Notes: generated from the letters alone by a model not told the origin. 64,000 nt of DNA from Candidatus Oxydemutator sp. (GCA_965203445.1 OZ241883.1:1844315-1908314); one strand, 5' to 3'; positions 1 through 8,226 are shown, numbered from the stretch's first letter. Numbers and translations are program-made.

Positions 1-887
1 AGGCATTCCTCTTCGAGCAGGCAGGCTATTTCCTGAACGGCGGGGAATAAGACCCCCATTCTTTCGCAATAATATCCGTCAGCCACCTTCTGTAGCAGGA
101 AGTTGCTCGACGGATAGGCAAATTGAAAGTTGCCAAAGTCCGCGTCTTTGGCGACGGCTGTTTTTTCGGCCAGGATAAGAGCGGCGGCGTTCAGAGGATT
201 GGAATCATGACCCCACGGTTCGTTGACCAGTATGTTGAAGCCGTTTCTTTCCAAGGCCGTGGGCAAATTTTTGACGTACCCGTGATGGAGCATTCTTTGC
301 CGTTGCTCGTCGCAGGCGAGTTCCCAGGATGGTTCTATGAGCAAGGCATATTTTCGGGTGACTCTGTTAAGCTCCCGGCAGATAGTATCTTCCATGCCTC
401 CGTTGGGTTCGATGGCATGGTGGGTCATGACCAGGTCCGTGGAGTTTTCAGCCAGCGAGATTCCGGTCAAGTTGGAGGTGAACAACCTGGGCATTCGCAC
501 TTTTTTATCCCGCAGGAACGACTTGGCATATAGCAGCCTGCTGATGGAAATATCGAAAGCGGCAAACTCTATGTCTTCCCTCGTACAGTTTGGAACCACG
601 TTCGCCAGGATGGTCGCCTCTCCCGTGCCCGCGTCCAAAACCGTGCCGGGCGATATTTCCTCTATAAATCGGGCAATTTTTTTCCCCGATTCACGATAGG
701 CATGCCTGATTGACTCGGAATTGCAATAATCTTTTGTGTAGGAACCAGCCTGTATATCGTAGGACAACGCAATTCTGTCCTCCAGACTTACATCGTGCTC
801 TTTGTGCTTTTCGAGATATTCGATAAGGTTGGCACGTCGAGAATACAAGGCCTTGCATTGCTCGACCAAGCCTTTGATATTTTTCAT
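1..887 (-). CDS. class I SAM-dependent methyltransferase (3' end runs off the left window edge)
   Basis: Not in the ORF track because there is no stop inside the window. My translation of the minus strand from the ATG at 885-887 gives MKNIKGLVEQCKALYSRRANLIEYLEKH...ARFIEEISPGTVLDAGTGEATILANVV... 'VLDAGTGEA' fits SAM-binding motif I. The frame stays open to position 1. The start overlaps the stop of the upstream gene (ATGA at 884-887). Confidence 0.7.
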   Translation of the reverse strand, partial: MKNIKGLVEQCKALYSRRANLIEYLEKHKEHDVSLEDRIALSYDIQAGSYTKDYCNSESIRHAYRESGKKIARFIEEISPGTVLDAGTGEATILANVVPNCTREDIEFAAFDISISRLLYAKSFLRDKKVRMPRLFTSNLTGISLAENSTDLVMTHHAIEPNGGMEDTICRELNRVTRKYALLIEPSWELACDEQRQRMLHHGYVKNLPTALERNGFNILVNEPWGHDSNPLNAAALILAEKTAVAKDADFGNFQFAYPSSNFLLQKVADGYYCERMGVLFPAVQEIACLLEEEC

Positions 888-2329
888 TTGCACGTCAACC
901 CGGCGCTCCGTGCGTCGTCTTCGGGATTATCACGGTTCGGCTGGTCGGGAGAAACATTCGGCGATCCAACTCGTGCGGCCGGAGATCGGTCGCGCACAAG
1001 GCCCGTATGACGACCCGTGTGCACAATCGCATTGATTACATTGGCCAGAGCACGTCCATTTTCTTCCCCGGATATGTTTCTGACCAACTCTTTGTACCTG
1101 TAGTCCACGTTGGTTATTACGTCGACTGCGTTGTGCAGCAGGTGCGCGTATGCCTGCTCAAACTCCTCATGCGAGAAGTTGATCGCCATAATGTCCTCAA
1201 GCGTCAAATCCCGGCGATAGGAGACGACGCCCGGAAAATTTTTATAGGGCGCATTGCCGAAAATCAGCACCCGCTTGCCGAAACTCAAGGCGTCCAAACC
1301 AACGCTGCCCGTTATGGTAGAGACGAATCTGCATCGTTCGATCAGATCATAAGTGTCGGTTTCTTTGCTGACGTAGTGCAGATTGGGGATCTTCGCCAGT
1401 CTGCTGTAGAACAAGCGCCCACGCGAATGAAACGTCTGATAAGGATGCTCTTTGACGACGATGGGCCAGTCGTACGGCAACAACAATCGCAGGCATTCAA
1501 GCGCCAATGCCTGATCGACAAAGATACCGCCGAGGCTGGTAGTGCTGAGCTCGGGCTGAAGGTGCAACGCAAAATAGACGAAATTTTCCGAGGGCGGATG
1601 CTGCGCCAGGAATTGCCGGTAGTTCTTTTTGAATCTTGCATTTCTGGCCAAGGCCTGCAAGCGGTGGAGAAACAGGTTCAGGTTGTGTCTGAAAAAGGCC
1701 GCCGAGATCAGTTTGACAAACAAGTTTGTCTTGATCGGCTTGTTCAGATAGTGATATTTCTTTCGGTAGTTTCTTTCCAGCTTGACTGGATCAATCTCCG
1801 TTTTGCCGACGTCCAGCGAACCGATGTTTTCGATATCGTCCATGACAAGCGACTTGCCGTGTACCGGTGCAGGTAGAAACACGTAGGTTTTGACGCCCAG
1901 GGCTTTGGCGACCAGATAGAGAAGATAGTCGGCATGATGAGGGACTACCTCGAAGAACACGTAGTGAATGTCGTTCGACTTCAGCAGGTCAATGTAGAAG
2001 TGGATATAGACGTGGAAGGCGTCCATCATGTCTATGTAGTCGTTGGCTCCGTAGAGAACGGGGCGGCGGCAGTACATGTTCAGGAAAGTGTCCATGTGCT
2101 TTCTGATGGCCGGATATATTTCGAGAAACTCTTCGCGGTAGCGGTAGTTGATTTTCAGCCGATTCTTTTTGAAGAGCAGCGAGCGGTAGAAGTCCTCGCG
2201 CGCCAGCGTCGTGACCTTGTTTTTCTTTCTGCCGATCCATACTTTGATGTCAATCTCGTCGTCGAGATATTTGTGAACATCACTCGTATGCCATTGGGAA
2301 AAATCGTTGAGCAGGATGTTTTTGGGCAT
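884..2329 (-). CDS. capsule polysaccharide biosynthesis-like protein (Capsule_synth / KpsS-LpsZ-like family, from memory)
   Basis: 481-aa ORF in lower-GC DNA. The stretch 'VYFALHLQPELSTTSLGG ... PIVVKEHP ... VSTITGSVGLDALSFGKRVLIFG' resembles capsule-synthesis family proteins. The last ~40 codons (884-1010) are GC-rich and low-complexity. Translationally coupled to the downstream methyltransferase. Confidence 0.55.
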   Translation of the reverse strand: MPKNILLNDFSQWHTSDVHKYLDDEIDIKVWIGRKKNKVTTLAREDFYRSLLFKKNRLKINYRYREEFLEIYPAIRKHMDTFLNMYCRRPVLYGANDYIDMMDAFHVYIHFYIDLLKSNDIHYVFFEVVPHHADYLLYLVAKALGVKTYVFLPAPVHGKSLVMDDIENIGSLDVGKTEIDPVKLERNYRKKYHYLNKPIKTNLFVKLISAAFFRHNLNLFLHRLQALARNARFKKNYRQFLAQHPPSENFVYFALHLQPELSTTSLGGIFVDQALALECLRLLLPYDWPIVVKEHPYQTFHSRGRLFYSRLAKIPNLHYVSKETDTYDLIERCRFVSTITGSVGLDALSFGKRVLIFGNAPYKNFPGVVSYRRDLTLEDIMAINFSHEEFEQAYAHLLHNAVDVITNVDYRYKELVRNISGEENGRALANVINAIVHTGRHTGLVRDRSPAARVGSPNVSPDQPNRDNPEDDARSAGLTCK

Positions 2330-2389
2330 TTTCGCTGTTGGTGTGCCGAGATTTGTCGAGGCTCGCCAGGGTTTGCAGGAGTTCGCCGG

Positions 2390-3250
2390 CTATGGCAGCA
2401 GTCTCGAGCGCCACGGGGTGAAGCCGCCGTACTGCCAGAACGACAGTACAGTATGCCATATCGCCGCCTGCTTTCCGTCCGCGCCGGCGTCCAGAAGTTC
2501 GTGTGGGCCGAAGCGGTCAATATACAGCACGCGCAAATCGCGCAGATCGAAGAACTTCTTGATGAACGGGACGCGCACCCGGGCGCGCGCCGAGCGGTCG
2601 TAATCAATGAAGGTGAACGTCGCCCGCTCTATTGCGCGCGCCGACGGCGCGTTTGGCGTGTCCACCAGAATGTTGATCGTCTGCGGATCGCCGTGCCGGA
2701 AGCCGGCCTCGTGCAGCCGCCGGATTTCCCCAAGCACCTTTTCCCGCACGCCTTCCAGCAGCCGCTCGGCGTCGTCGCCATGGTTTTCCCGGACGGCGCG
2801 GCACAGGTCGGCCAGCGACTGCTCGCCCGGTATTTTCTCGTAGAGAAAGAAGCTTTTTGCACCGAACAACCCGCGCCCTTTGGTACTCCAATACGCGAGC
2901 GGCCTGGCGACGGGCAGCCCGGCTTCGCGCATCGCGTGGCAGCGCAGAAACGCATTGCGATTGTAGTCCTTGCCGAGCAGCCGGCGGATCAGCAGATCGA
3001 GCCTGCGCGAGCGTTTGTAGCGCGGGTCTATCTGAAATACCTTCATCACGACGTCGCCTTGCGCGACAGGCAGATGGAAACTGTACAGGCGATTGCGGCG
3101 CCGGCCGTGGCGTTTGAGCAGATGTGTTTCCTCTTCGTAACGCGCGAATCCCTGCCCGCTTATCCATGCGACAAGTTCGCGCGGCACGGCGCCGGCCACA
3201 AGATAACGCCCCGCCGCGTACTTGCCGCGCAGGATCGCTTGCCCGCTCAC
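2390..3250 (-). CDS. Kdo/WaaP-family lipopolysaccharide kinase-like protein
   Basis: Kinase motifs are present in the ORF 2390..3448: 'DVVMKVFQ' (Lys), 'HEAGFRHGDPQTINILV' (catalytic loop) and 'FIDYDR'. I place the start at the GTG at 3248-3250. At the duplicated copy of this junction (3839-3841) the same GTG overlaps the ATPase stop as GTGA. The longer ORF-track start reads through a REP element. An alternative start is the GTG at 3283. Confidence 0.7.
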   Translation of the reverse strand: MSGQAILRGKYAAGRYLVAGAVPRELVAWISGQGFARYEEETHLLKRHGRRRNRLYSFHLPVAQGDVVMKVFQIDPRYKRSRRLDLLIRRLLGKDYNRNAFLRCHAMREAGLPVARPLAYWSTKGRGLFGAKSFFLYEKIPGEQSLADLCRAVRENHGDDAERLLEGVREKVLGEIRRLHEAGFRHGDPQTINILVDTPNAPSARAIERATFTFIDYDRSARARVRVPFIKKFFDLRDLRVLYIDRFGPHELLDAGADGKQAAIWHTVLSFWQYGGFTPWRSRLLP

Positions 3251-3263
3251 GTCAGGATTTTTC
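3173..3263. repeat. direct repeat copy A (~91 bp; 5' end of the kinase gene plus upstream nucleotides)
   Basis: Aligns with 3764-3854 at a 591-bp offset. I count 8 substitutions and one 1-nt indel. The last 38 nt (3223-3260 versus 3814-3851) are identical. Confidence 0.85.
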
Positions 3264-3286
3264 TCGCCCGGAGTTTCTTTCACTGT

Positions 3287-3400
3287 TCTCCCTCTCCCTC
3301 TGGGAGAGGGCCGGGGTGAGGGCCAGAGTGAGGAAATTACCTTCCCCCTTTCCCTCACCCGGCCTTCGGCCACCCTCTCCCAGAGGGAGAGGGTTTCATT
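3287..3400. repeat. GC-rich palindromic REP-like element, copy 1
   Basis: Left arm is ccctctccctctgggagagggccggggtgaggg. Right arm is ccctcacccggccttcggccaccctctcccagagggagaggg (imperfect inverted repeat). The right arm is nearly identical to 6757-6803. Confidence 0.75.
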
Positions 3401-3468
3401 GTAAGACCTTTCCGCCATCCACGTGGATTCAGGTATCATTTCCATCATAATTCTCTATAATTGGCTTT

Positions 3469-3726
3469 ATGGCATCCACGGCACAACATTTCGACACTCT
3501 GCGCACGGCGGAGGCCCTCCGCGAGGCCGGCCTGGAAGAGCATGCGGCCAAGGCCATCAGCTTGGCTATTGATCAAGGTCGAGAAAGCGGCGACTTGGTC
3601 ACTCAACCGATGCTTAAGGCGGAACTCGCCAGCCTTGAAATCAGGCTGATCAAGTGGATTGTGGCGATAGTGCTGGGCGCGGCCGCCACCACAATCGCCG
3701 CGGTCAGACTGATAGTGGGCAGCTGA
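3469..3726 (+). CDS. small C-terminally membrane-anchored coiled-coil protein (DUF1640-like, from memory)
   Basis: 85-aa ORF reading MASTAQHFDTLRTAEALREAGLEEHAAKAIS...LEIRLIKWIVAIVLGAAATTIAAVRLIVGS. It has an N-terminal helical region and a C-terminal hydrophobic helix. It lies inside the segment bounded by the 91-bp direct repeats. Confidence 0.5.
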   Translation: MASTAQHFDTLRTAEALREAGLEEHAAKAISLAIDQGRESGDLVTQPMLKAELASLEIRLIKWIVAIVLGAAATTIAAVRLIVGS

Positions 3727-3841
3727 CCACGGCACAGCATTTCGGTCCGGTCATCCAACAAAAAAGTTCGCGCGGCGCATCGCCGGCCACGAGGTAGCGC
3801 CCCGCAGCGTACCTGCCGCGCAGGATCGCTTGCCCGCTCAC
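3704..3841 (-). pseudogene. 5' remnant of the Kdo/WaaP-like kinase gene (duplicated start region, then unrelated sequence)
   Basis: From the GTG at 3839-3841 it reads VSGQAILRGRYAAGRYLVAGDAPRELF, against VSGQAILRGKYAAGRYLVAGAVPRELV in the intact gene. It then diverges and stops at 3704. It overlaps the 3' end of the DUF1640-like gene on the other strand. Confidence 0.55.
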
Positions 3842-3854
3842 GTCAGGATTTCTC
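3764..3854. repeat. direct repeat copy B (~91 bp; spans the ATPase stop / kinase-start junction)
   Basis: See copy A. It contains the TGA of the ATPase gene (3838-3840) overlapping the GTG (3839-3841). Confidence 0.85.
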
Positions 3855-4998
3855 CGGCCCAAAGTTTGTTCAGAAAATCCGGCCAGTGGAGGCAGTGGAT
3901 GCCGTCCTTCAGGCGGGCGGTTTTGTCCTCGCTGACCAGGAAAAACTTCTTGACGACGCCCTCCTCTTGCAGTGCTCGCAGTCCTTTCCAATCTTCGCGC
4001 GCCACCCTGCGCGTGGCCTTGATCTCGATGGCGGCCACGTCGTCCACCACCAGATCCACCTCGTATCCCGTCCGGGTGCGCCAATAGCACAGGGGAAGAT
4101 CCAGCATTCGGTAACCGATGTAGGCCCTGATCTCGTGAACCAACCAGGTCTCGAGGCAGTTTCCGAAAATATCGGAGTTTCTTTCGACGCTTTTGATTGC
4201 TTTGAGAGTGTTCAGAACTCCAGTGTCGAAGAAGTAGAACTTCGCGGTGCCGACGGCCTTTCTTTTTCGGGATTTGTCCCAGGGTTCGAGCAGCACGCCG
4301 ATGAACGTCTCCTGCAGGATGGAGTAATACTCGCGCACCGTGCTCGGCGACATAGCGTAATCCCGTCCCAGTTTGTCGAAGTTCAAAATCCGGCCGTTGC
4401 AAAGGGCCGCGGCTTGCAGGAATTTTGCGAACTGGGGAATTTTCCTGACCAGGCCCTCGAGTTGAATTTCCTGCGCGATGTAGTTCGTCACGTAGGCCTG
4501 CAATTCCTCGTGCGGTTCATCGCTCAGATACACCGCGGGCAGGCCGCCGTAACGCAGATACTTGAGCAGATCGAAATCCGGCATCTCTTTCCAGGTCAAC
4601 GGATAAAGGTCCTGGTTCCACGCCCTGCCGGCCAGGAGGTTGACTCCGTGCCGGTGCAGCTTGCGCGCCGAACTGCCGGTCAGCAGGAACCTCCATCTCC
4701 TGCCCTCGATGAGGCGGTGCACCTCGTCGAGCAGAGAGGGAAGTTTCTGTATCTCGTCAATGACGATATACACGGGGGCGTCGGGTTCGCCGATCTGCCC
4801 TTGCACCATTTCTTCCATGTCGGAAGGATTGGCCGAGAGCGACAGGAAGGTGCCCGCGTTCAGCAGATCGAAAAAGATGGCCTTCCCGCCCAGTTGCCTG
4901 CGGGCCAGCCAGGTTTTGCCGGTGCCGCGAGGCCCGAACAGAAAGAAAGACTTGCGCGCAAGCAGACCCGGCAGCCGGATTTCTCGTTGCAGTTCCAT
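3838..4998 (-). CDS. AAA+ ATPase (AAA_14 + DUF4143-type architecture, from memory)
   Basis: 386-aa ORF. Walker A is 'LFGPRGTGKTW'. Walker B-like is 'VYIVIDEIQKLPSLLDEVHRLIE'. The C-terminal half resembles the DUF4143 domain of this widespread orphan ATPase family. Confidence 0.85.
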   Translation of the reverse strand: MELQREIRLPGLLARKSFFLFGPRGTGKTWLARRQLGGKAIFFDLLNAGTFLSLSANPSDMEEMVQGQIGEPDAPVYIVIDEIQKLPSLLDEVHRLIEGRRWRFLLTGSSARKLHRHGVNLLAGRAWNQDLYPLTWKEMPDFDLLKYLRYGGLPAVYLSDEPHEELQAYVTNYIAQEIQLEGLVRKIPQFAKFLQAAALCNGRILNFDKLGRDYAMSPSTVREYYSILQETFIGVLLEPWDKSRKRKAVGTAKFYFFDTGVLNTLKAIKSVERNSDIFGNCLETWLVHEIRAYIGYRMLDLPLCYWRTRTGYEVDLVVDDVAAIEIKATRRVAREDWKGLRALQEEGVVKKFFLVSEDKTARLKDGIHCLHWPDFLNKLWAGEILT

Positions 4999-5149
4999 AG
5001 TGGGGAATGGGATTATAGCCCGATATATAAAAATCCGCAGTAATAATACGGATATTTAATGGTAAAACGTAATATACATGAGGCATAATAATAAATGTAT
5101 TATAAATTGATTTAGGCATTAAATGTCCATACTTTCTATAACTTTTCTA

Positions 5150-5178
5150 TTGACCTAAAATGATATATGCCCTATGAT
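5150..5178 (+). promoter_or_regulatory. candidate sigma70 promoter for the XRE-family gene
   Basis: TTGACC (5150-5155), a 17-nt spacer, then TATGAT (5173-5178). It sits in a very AT-rich spacer, with SD AGGAGG at 5214-5219 and the ATG at 5225. Confidence 0.4.
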
Positions 5179-5224
5179 GCCTTCCACAGCATAATGCTGG
5201 TTCACAAAAGCATAGGAGGCAATT

Positions 5225-6424
5225 ATGAATAGAATTAACCCCAAAAGATTAAAGGAAGCCCGTGCGGGCAAAGGCCGCGGCAAAGGGTGGTCGCGCCGGC
5301 AGCTTTCTGACAGAGCCAAGATTTCTGCCCGCCAGATAGCACGGATCGAGGCTTCAGAGACGGATGTGGCGGTTCGAGAAAATACTGCGGATCGTCTCGC
5401 CAGGGCGCTGCAAGTCAGCGTCCAGGCCCTCTCAGGCGATGAACCGCTTGATCCCGGTCAGCAGGACAAACTGCCTGGTGGCGGTCAGCGTTTCTCTCCG
5501 CCAGAAGTTCAAATCGGCTGCAAAATTGATCCTCACGTGTTGCTTGCATACGACCTGGTGAAGCGTCGTTACGGCCCGACCTACACGGACGTCATCTACT
5601 TGGCACCGCTCCTTTTCGTGTTGCTTGCCGAAGGTTCTCTTGCGTGGCGTCGGCGAGGCCTTGAGAAATTTGAGGAAATAGAGAAGACAATAGAGGAGAC
5701 ATGTTCTGATAGCCACCTTTTCTTCGCGCAGATGGCTGTTAACACGGATAGGGTCATGAACGCCGCTTATGCTGAGCAGGAGTCCATCGAAAAAGCCGAT
5801 CTTCGCGGCACTATGATCAGAGACAGAGACGATTCCAATGAATTATGGCTCCCCCCGTACGAAACCAATCCTTTTATGGATTATCTGGCCATACTATCGA
5901 AAGATGATCTTAAGCTCGACGACCTCGAGATTAACCATGTATCCGTTGTGGATAATTGGCTTGTTAGAGAGGATGATCCGAATACGTGGAAGGCCGACTA
6001 TTCTCTCTGCGGAAAGGAGCTGAAGGAGATTGCGGGGAATTCCTGGAAGGCCAAGGGGGCCTTGAGGCAGGGCGACGTGCGCTTGTCCGATATTCCCGAG
6101 GAACTCATGACGGAAGAGAGGAAAGACGAGCGTGTCAAATGGCTCGAAAGTAAATACAAGAGAAACAAGAGAACAGGCTTTCAATGGCAGGGTACTGCGA
6201 AAAAAGAATTCCGGCTGGAGGCGATAAACGCCGTCCTCAAGCAGGACAATAACTCTGACTGCGCCGAGAAATTGTCGGCGGAAGATTTACTACTAAAATG
6301 GGCGCACGACGACCGTGTTGTAAAGGAATACCGGCGTCTTATGAAAGAACGCGATCTTGCGCTTTCTTTAGAAGAGGTTGTCAATTTGTACAGTGACGGT
6401 GAGTCAAATGCCAAAAATCAGTGA
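5225..6424 (+). CDS. XRE-family helix-turn-helix protein with a ~320-aa uncharacterised C-terminal region
   Basis: The N-terminus 'LKEARAGKGRGKGWSRRQLSDRAKISARQIARIEASETDVAVRENTADRLARALQVSVQALSG' is a Cro/C1-type HTH. The rest includes a hydrophobic segment (VIYLAPLLFVLLAEGSLAW) and highly charged regions, with no motif I recognise. There is a strong SD. Confidence 0.75.
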   Translation: MNRINPKRLKEARAGKGRGKGWSRRQLSDRAKISARQIARIEASETDVAVRENTADRLARALQVSVQALSGDEPLDPGQQDKLPGGGQRFSPPEVQIGCKIDPHVLLAYDLVKRRYGPTYTDVIYLAPLLFVLLAEGSLAWRRRGLEKFEEIEKTIEETCSDSHLFFAQMAVNTDRVMNAAYAEQESIEKADLRGTMIRDRDDSNELWLPPYETNPFMDYLAILSKDDLKLDDLEINHVSVVDNWLVREDDPNTWKADYSLCGKELKEIAGNSWKAKGALRQGDVRLSDIPEELMTEERKDERVKWLESKYKRNKRTGFQWQGTAKKEFRLEAINAVLKQDNNSDCAEKLSAEDLLLKWAHDDRVVKEYRRLMKERDLALSLEEVVNLYSDGESNAKNQ

Positions 6425-6623
6425 TCATGCCGTATGCCGGTATCTGGAACGAGAGGCAGGCGTTGATATTGAAGCACACCGCCGGCAACTCGAAGAAAAA
6501 GTATCGAGCGCGTCCCTGCAACGGGTCATTGGCTTCGCGGGCAATGCTGGTTTCAAAGTGCGCATTGACGGGGTTACATACTGCTTCCGAAACGGAGTGA
6601 TGACCACCTGCTATCCGGAGTAG
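6408..6623 (+). CDS. small protein (71 aa), 'SDHAVxRYLER' N-terminal motif; function unknown
   Basis: Reads MPKISDHAVCRYLEREAGVDIEAHRRQLEEKV...IDGVTYCFRNGVMTTCYPE. The ATG at 6408 lies 17 nt inside the 3' end of the XRE gene (stop at 6422-6424). The ORF-track start at 6378 is also possible. The motif recalls small phage/TA-associated proteins (DUF4258-like), but I have not verified this. Confidence 0.5.
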   Translation: MPKISDHAVCRYLEREAGVDIEAHRRQLEEKVSSASLQRVIGFAGNAGFKVRIDGVTYCFRNGVMTTCYPE

Positions 6624-6663
6624 CCACGTAGCTCCCGTCGCCGATGAGGCGGAGACCGTCTTA

Positions 6664-6806
6664 TTCTCCCCCTGGGAGAGGGCATCTTCATCCCCCCTCT
6701 CCCTCTGGGAGAGGGTTGGGGTGAGGGCCGTTTGAGGGCCATTGCACAACCTTCCCGCCCTCACCCGGCCTGCGGCCACCCTCTCCCAGAGGGAGAGGGT
6801 TTCATT
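6664..6806. repeat. GC-rich palindromic REP-like element, copy 2 (composite)
   Basis: It contains 'ctccccctgggagaggg', then ccctctccctctgggagagggttggggtgagggcc, then ccctcacccggcctgcggccaccctctcccagagggagagggtttcatt. It lies between the small gene and the radical SAM gene. Confidence 0.75.
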
Positions 6807-6825
6807 ATTTCTACGGCAACTACAA

Positions 6826-8211
6826 TCACAGAAAATAATCCCGGCGTTCGTCAGCCGTTGTTAGCGATTCGAGTTTGTGGGGGTTGCGGATCAGGTCTTC
6901 TATGAACCAGTTGGCGTGGTTGTAGAGGCAGGTTACGTCCTTGCATTCGGCGGCGGCGTCGAAGGCCTCGATCAGGCGCAGCACGTTGTCGCGCGTTTCG
7001 CGGTAGGCGTCGTCGGTCGCATAGGCGTGTTTGCCGCCGATCAGCGCCTGCGGCACGTGGCGATAGACCGGGCAGTTGAACACTCCCAGCGGGCTTACGA
7101 CCTGGCGGAAGAACTGCATGTGGCAGTTGTGCGGCTGCTCGGTGTAGTCTTTGTAACTGCCGTTTTCCAGCACCCTGAGGTTGGTGCTTTCGATCACCTT
7201 GAACGCGGCGTCCTCGTGCCGCTTCGCCAGCGCGATTTGCTCGCGGATCGCCTCCATCACGCCGCCGACGTGCGTATCGTCCTTCACCAGGTCCACGATC
7301 TCGGCGTTGTTTTCCTCGGCGCGCGTCAAGAAAGGCTTTAGCGAGATATAGTCGAAGCGGTAGCGTTTCGCGCGCGCGGCCGCGGCCTCGATCTCGGCGA
7401 CGTTCTCGACGATGTCGGCGTCGTTGGTGTGGCAGTCGCGCCACACGATGATGTAGCTGAAGCCGATTTGCAATCCCGGGTTGGCGTCCTTGATCGGCGG
7501 AATCTGTTCGCAGATCCAGTCGAGCGTGCACTTTTTGTTGACCGGTTTGTGCATCGCGCGGAAGGTCTCGTTGGTCGCCGAGTCGAGCGACAGCCGCACC
7601 CAGTCGCCCTTGCCGAAGGCGTCCGCCACCTGGCCGATCTTCTTCATCAGGCTGCCATTGGTGACGACGCCGATCTGGATGTCCCGTTCCTTCAGGTGGC
7701 GCACGACGTCGCCAAAACCGGGATACGCGGTCGGCTCGCCGCCGCCGATCAGAATCACCGAACGCAGCCCCTTGTCGGCCATTTGTGACAGCGCGTCCTT
7801 CAGGCGGTCGTGGTCGTAGCGGATGCCGGTGTTCAGGATGTCCATGTCCACGCAGTGGTCGCAGCGGTAGTTGCACGCCGTCGTCAGGTCGAGGTTGATC
7901 GAAAGCGGCGCATAATCCGGCGCCGTCGCCAGCGCCTCTTCGAACGCCAGGCCATTGGCGTAGCCTTCGCGCCACGCCGCCTGCCAGCGCACGTATTCGG
8001 CGAGACGCCCGACGACGCTCGGTTGCAGCAGCTTGCTCATGAAGTCGTGGATCGGCGACAGCTCGGTCTGGCGCCTGCGCGCCGCGTCGTCGCGCGCGCG
8101 CACGTGCAGCGGCGTACCTTCTGGCGCGCCGTTTGTCTTTGATTTGCGGAAGTCAATCAGCGGCGAGACGTGCAGCAACACGTCGCCGGAGTCGGAATGT
8201 ATTTTTTGCAT
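6826..8211 (-). CDS. radical SAM domain protein with a ~110-aa N-terminal extension
   Basis: 461-aa ORF with the canonical CxxxCxxC in 'NLDLTTACNYRCDHCVDMD', a GGGEP-type motif 'VILIGGGEPTAYPG', and C-terminal Cys residues. I do not see a clear SPASM CxxCxxxxxCxxxC motif. Confidence 0.85.
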   Translation of the reverse strand: MQKIHSDSGDVLLHVSPLIDFRKSKTNGAPEGTPLHVRARDDAARRRQTELSPIHDFMSKLLQPSVVGRLAEYVRWQAAWREGYANGLAFEEALATAPDYAPLSINLDLTTACNYRCDHCVDMDILNTGIRYDHDRLKDALSQMADKGLRSVILIGGGEPTAYPGFGDVVRHLKERDIQIGVVTNGSLMKKIGQVADAFGKGDWVRLSLDSATNETFRAMHKPVNKKCTLDWICEQIPPIKDANPGLQIGFSYIIVWRDCHTNDADIVENVAEIEAAAARAKRYRFDYISLKPFLTRAEENNAEIVDLVKDDTHVGGVMEAIREQIALAKRHEDAAFKVIESTNLRVLENGSYKDYTEQPHNCHMQFFRQVVSPLGVFNCPVYRHVPQALIGGKHAYATDDAYRETRDNVLRLIEAFDAAAECKDVTCLYNHANWFIEDLIRNPHKLESLTTADERRDYFL

Positions 8212-8226
8212 GACGGGCGCGGACCT

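Noticed and set aside
1934-3319. 461-aa plus-strand ORF over the capsule-like gene start and the kinase gene
   Set aside because: It is antisense to two genes with recognisable family motifs, it crosses their intergenic gap, and it ends in the REP element. It is a shadow ORF.
3251-3448. N-terminal 66-codon extension of the kinase ORF (MMEMIPESTWMAERSYNETLSLWERVAEGRVRERG...)
   Set aside because: The extension is a translation of the REP-like palindrome. The duplicated junction at 3838-3841 indicates that the native start is the GTG at 3248-3250.
3886-5043. 385-aa plus-strand ORF opposite the AAA+ ATPase
   Set aside because: The minus strand has Walker A and B motifs and a DUF4143-like C-terminus. 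The plus-strand product has no motifs.
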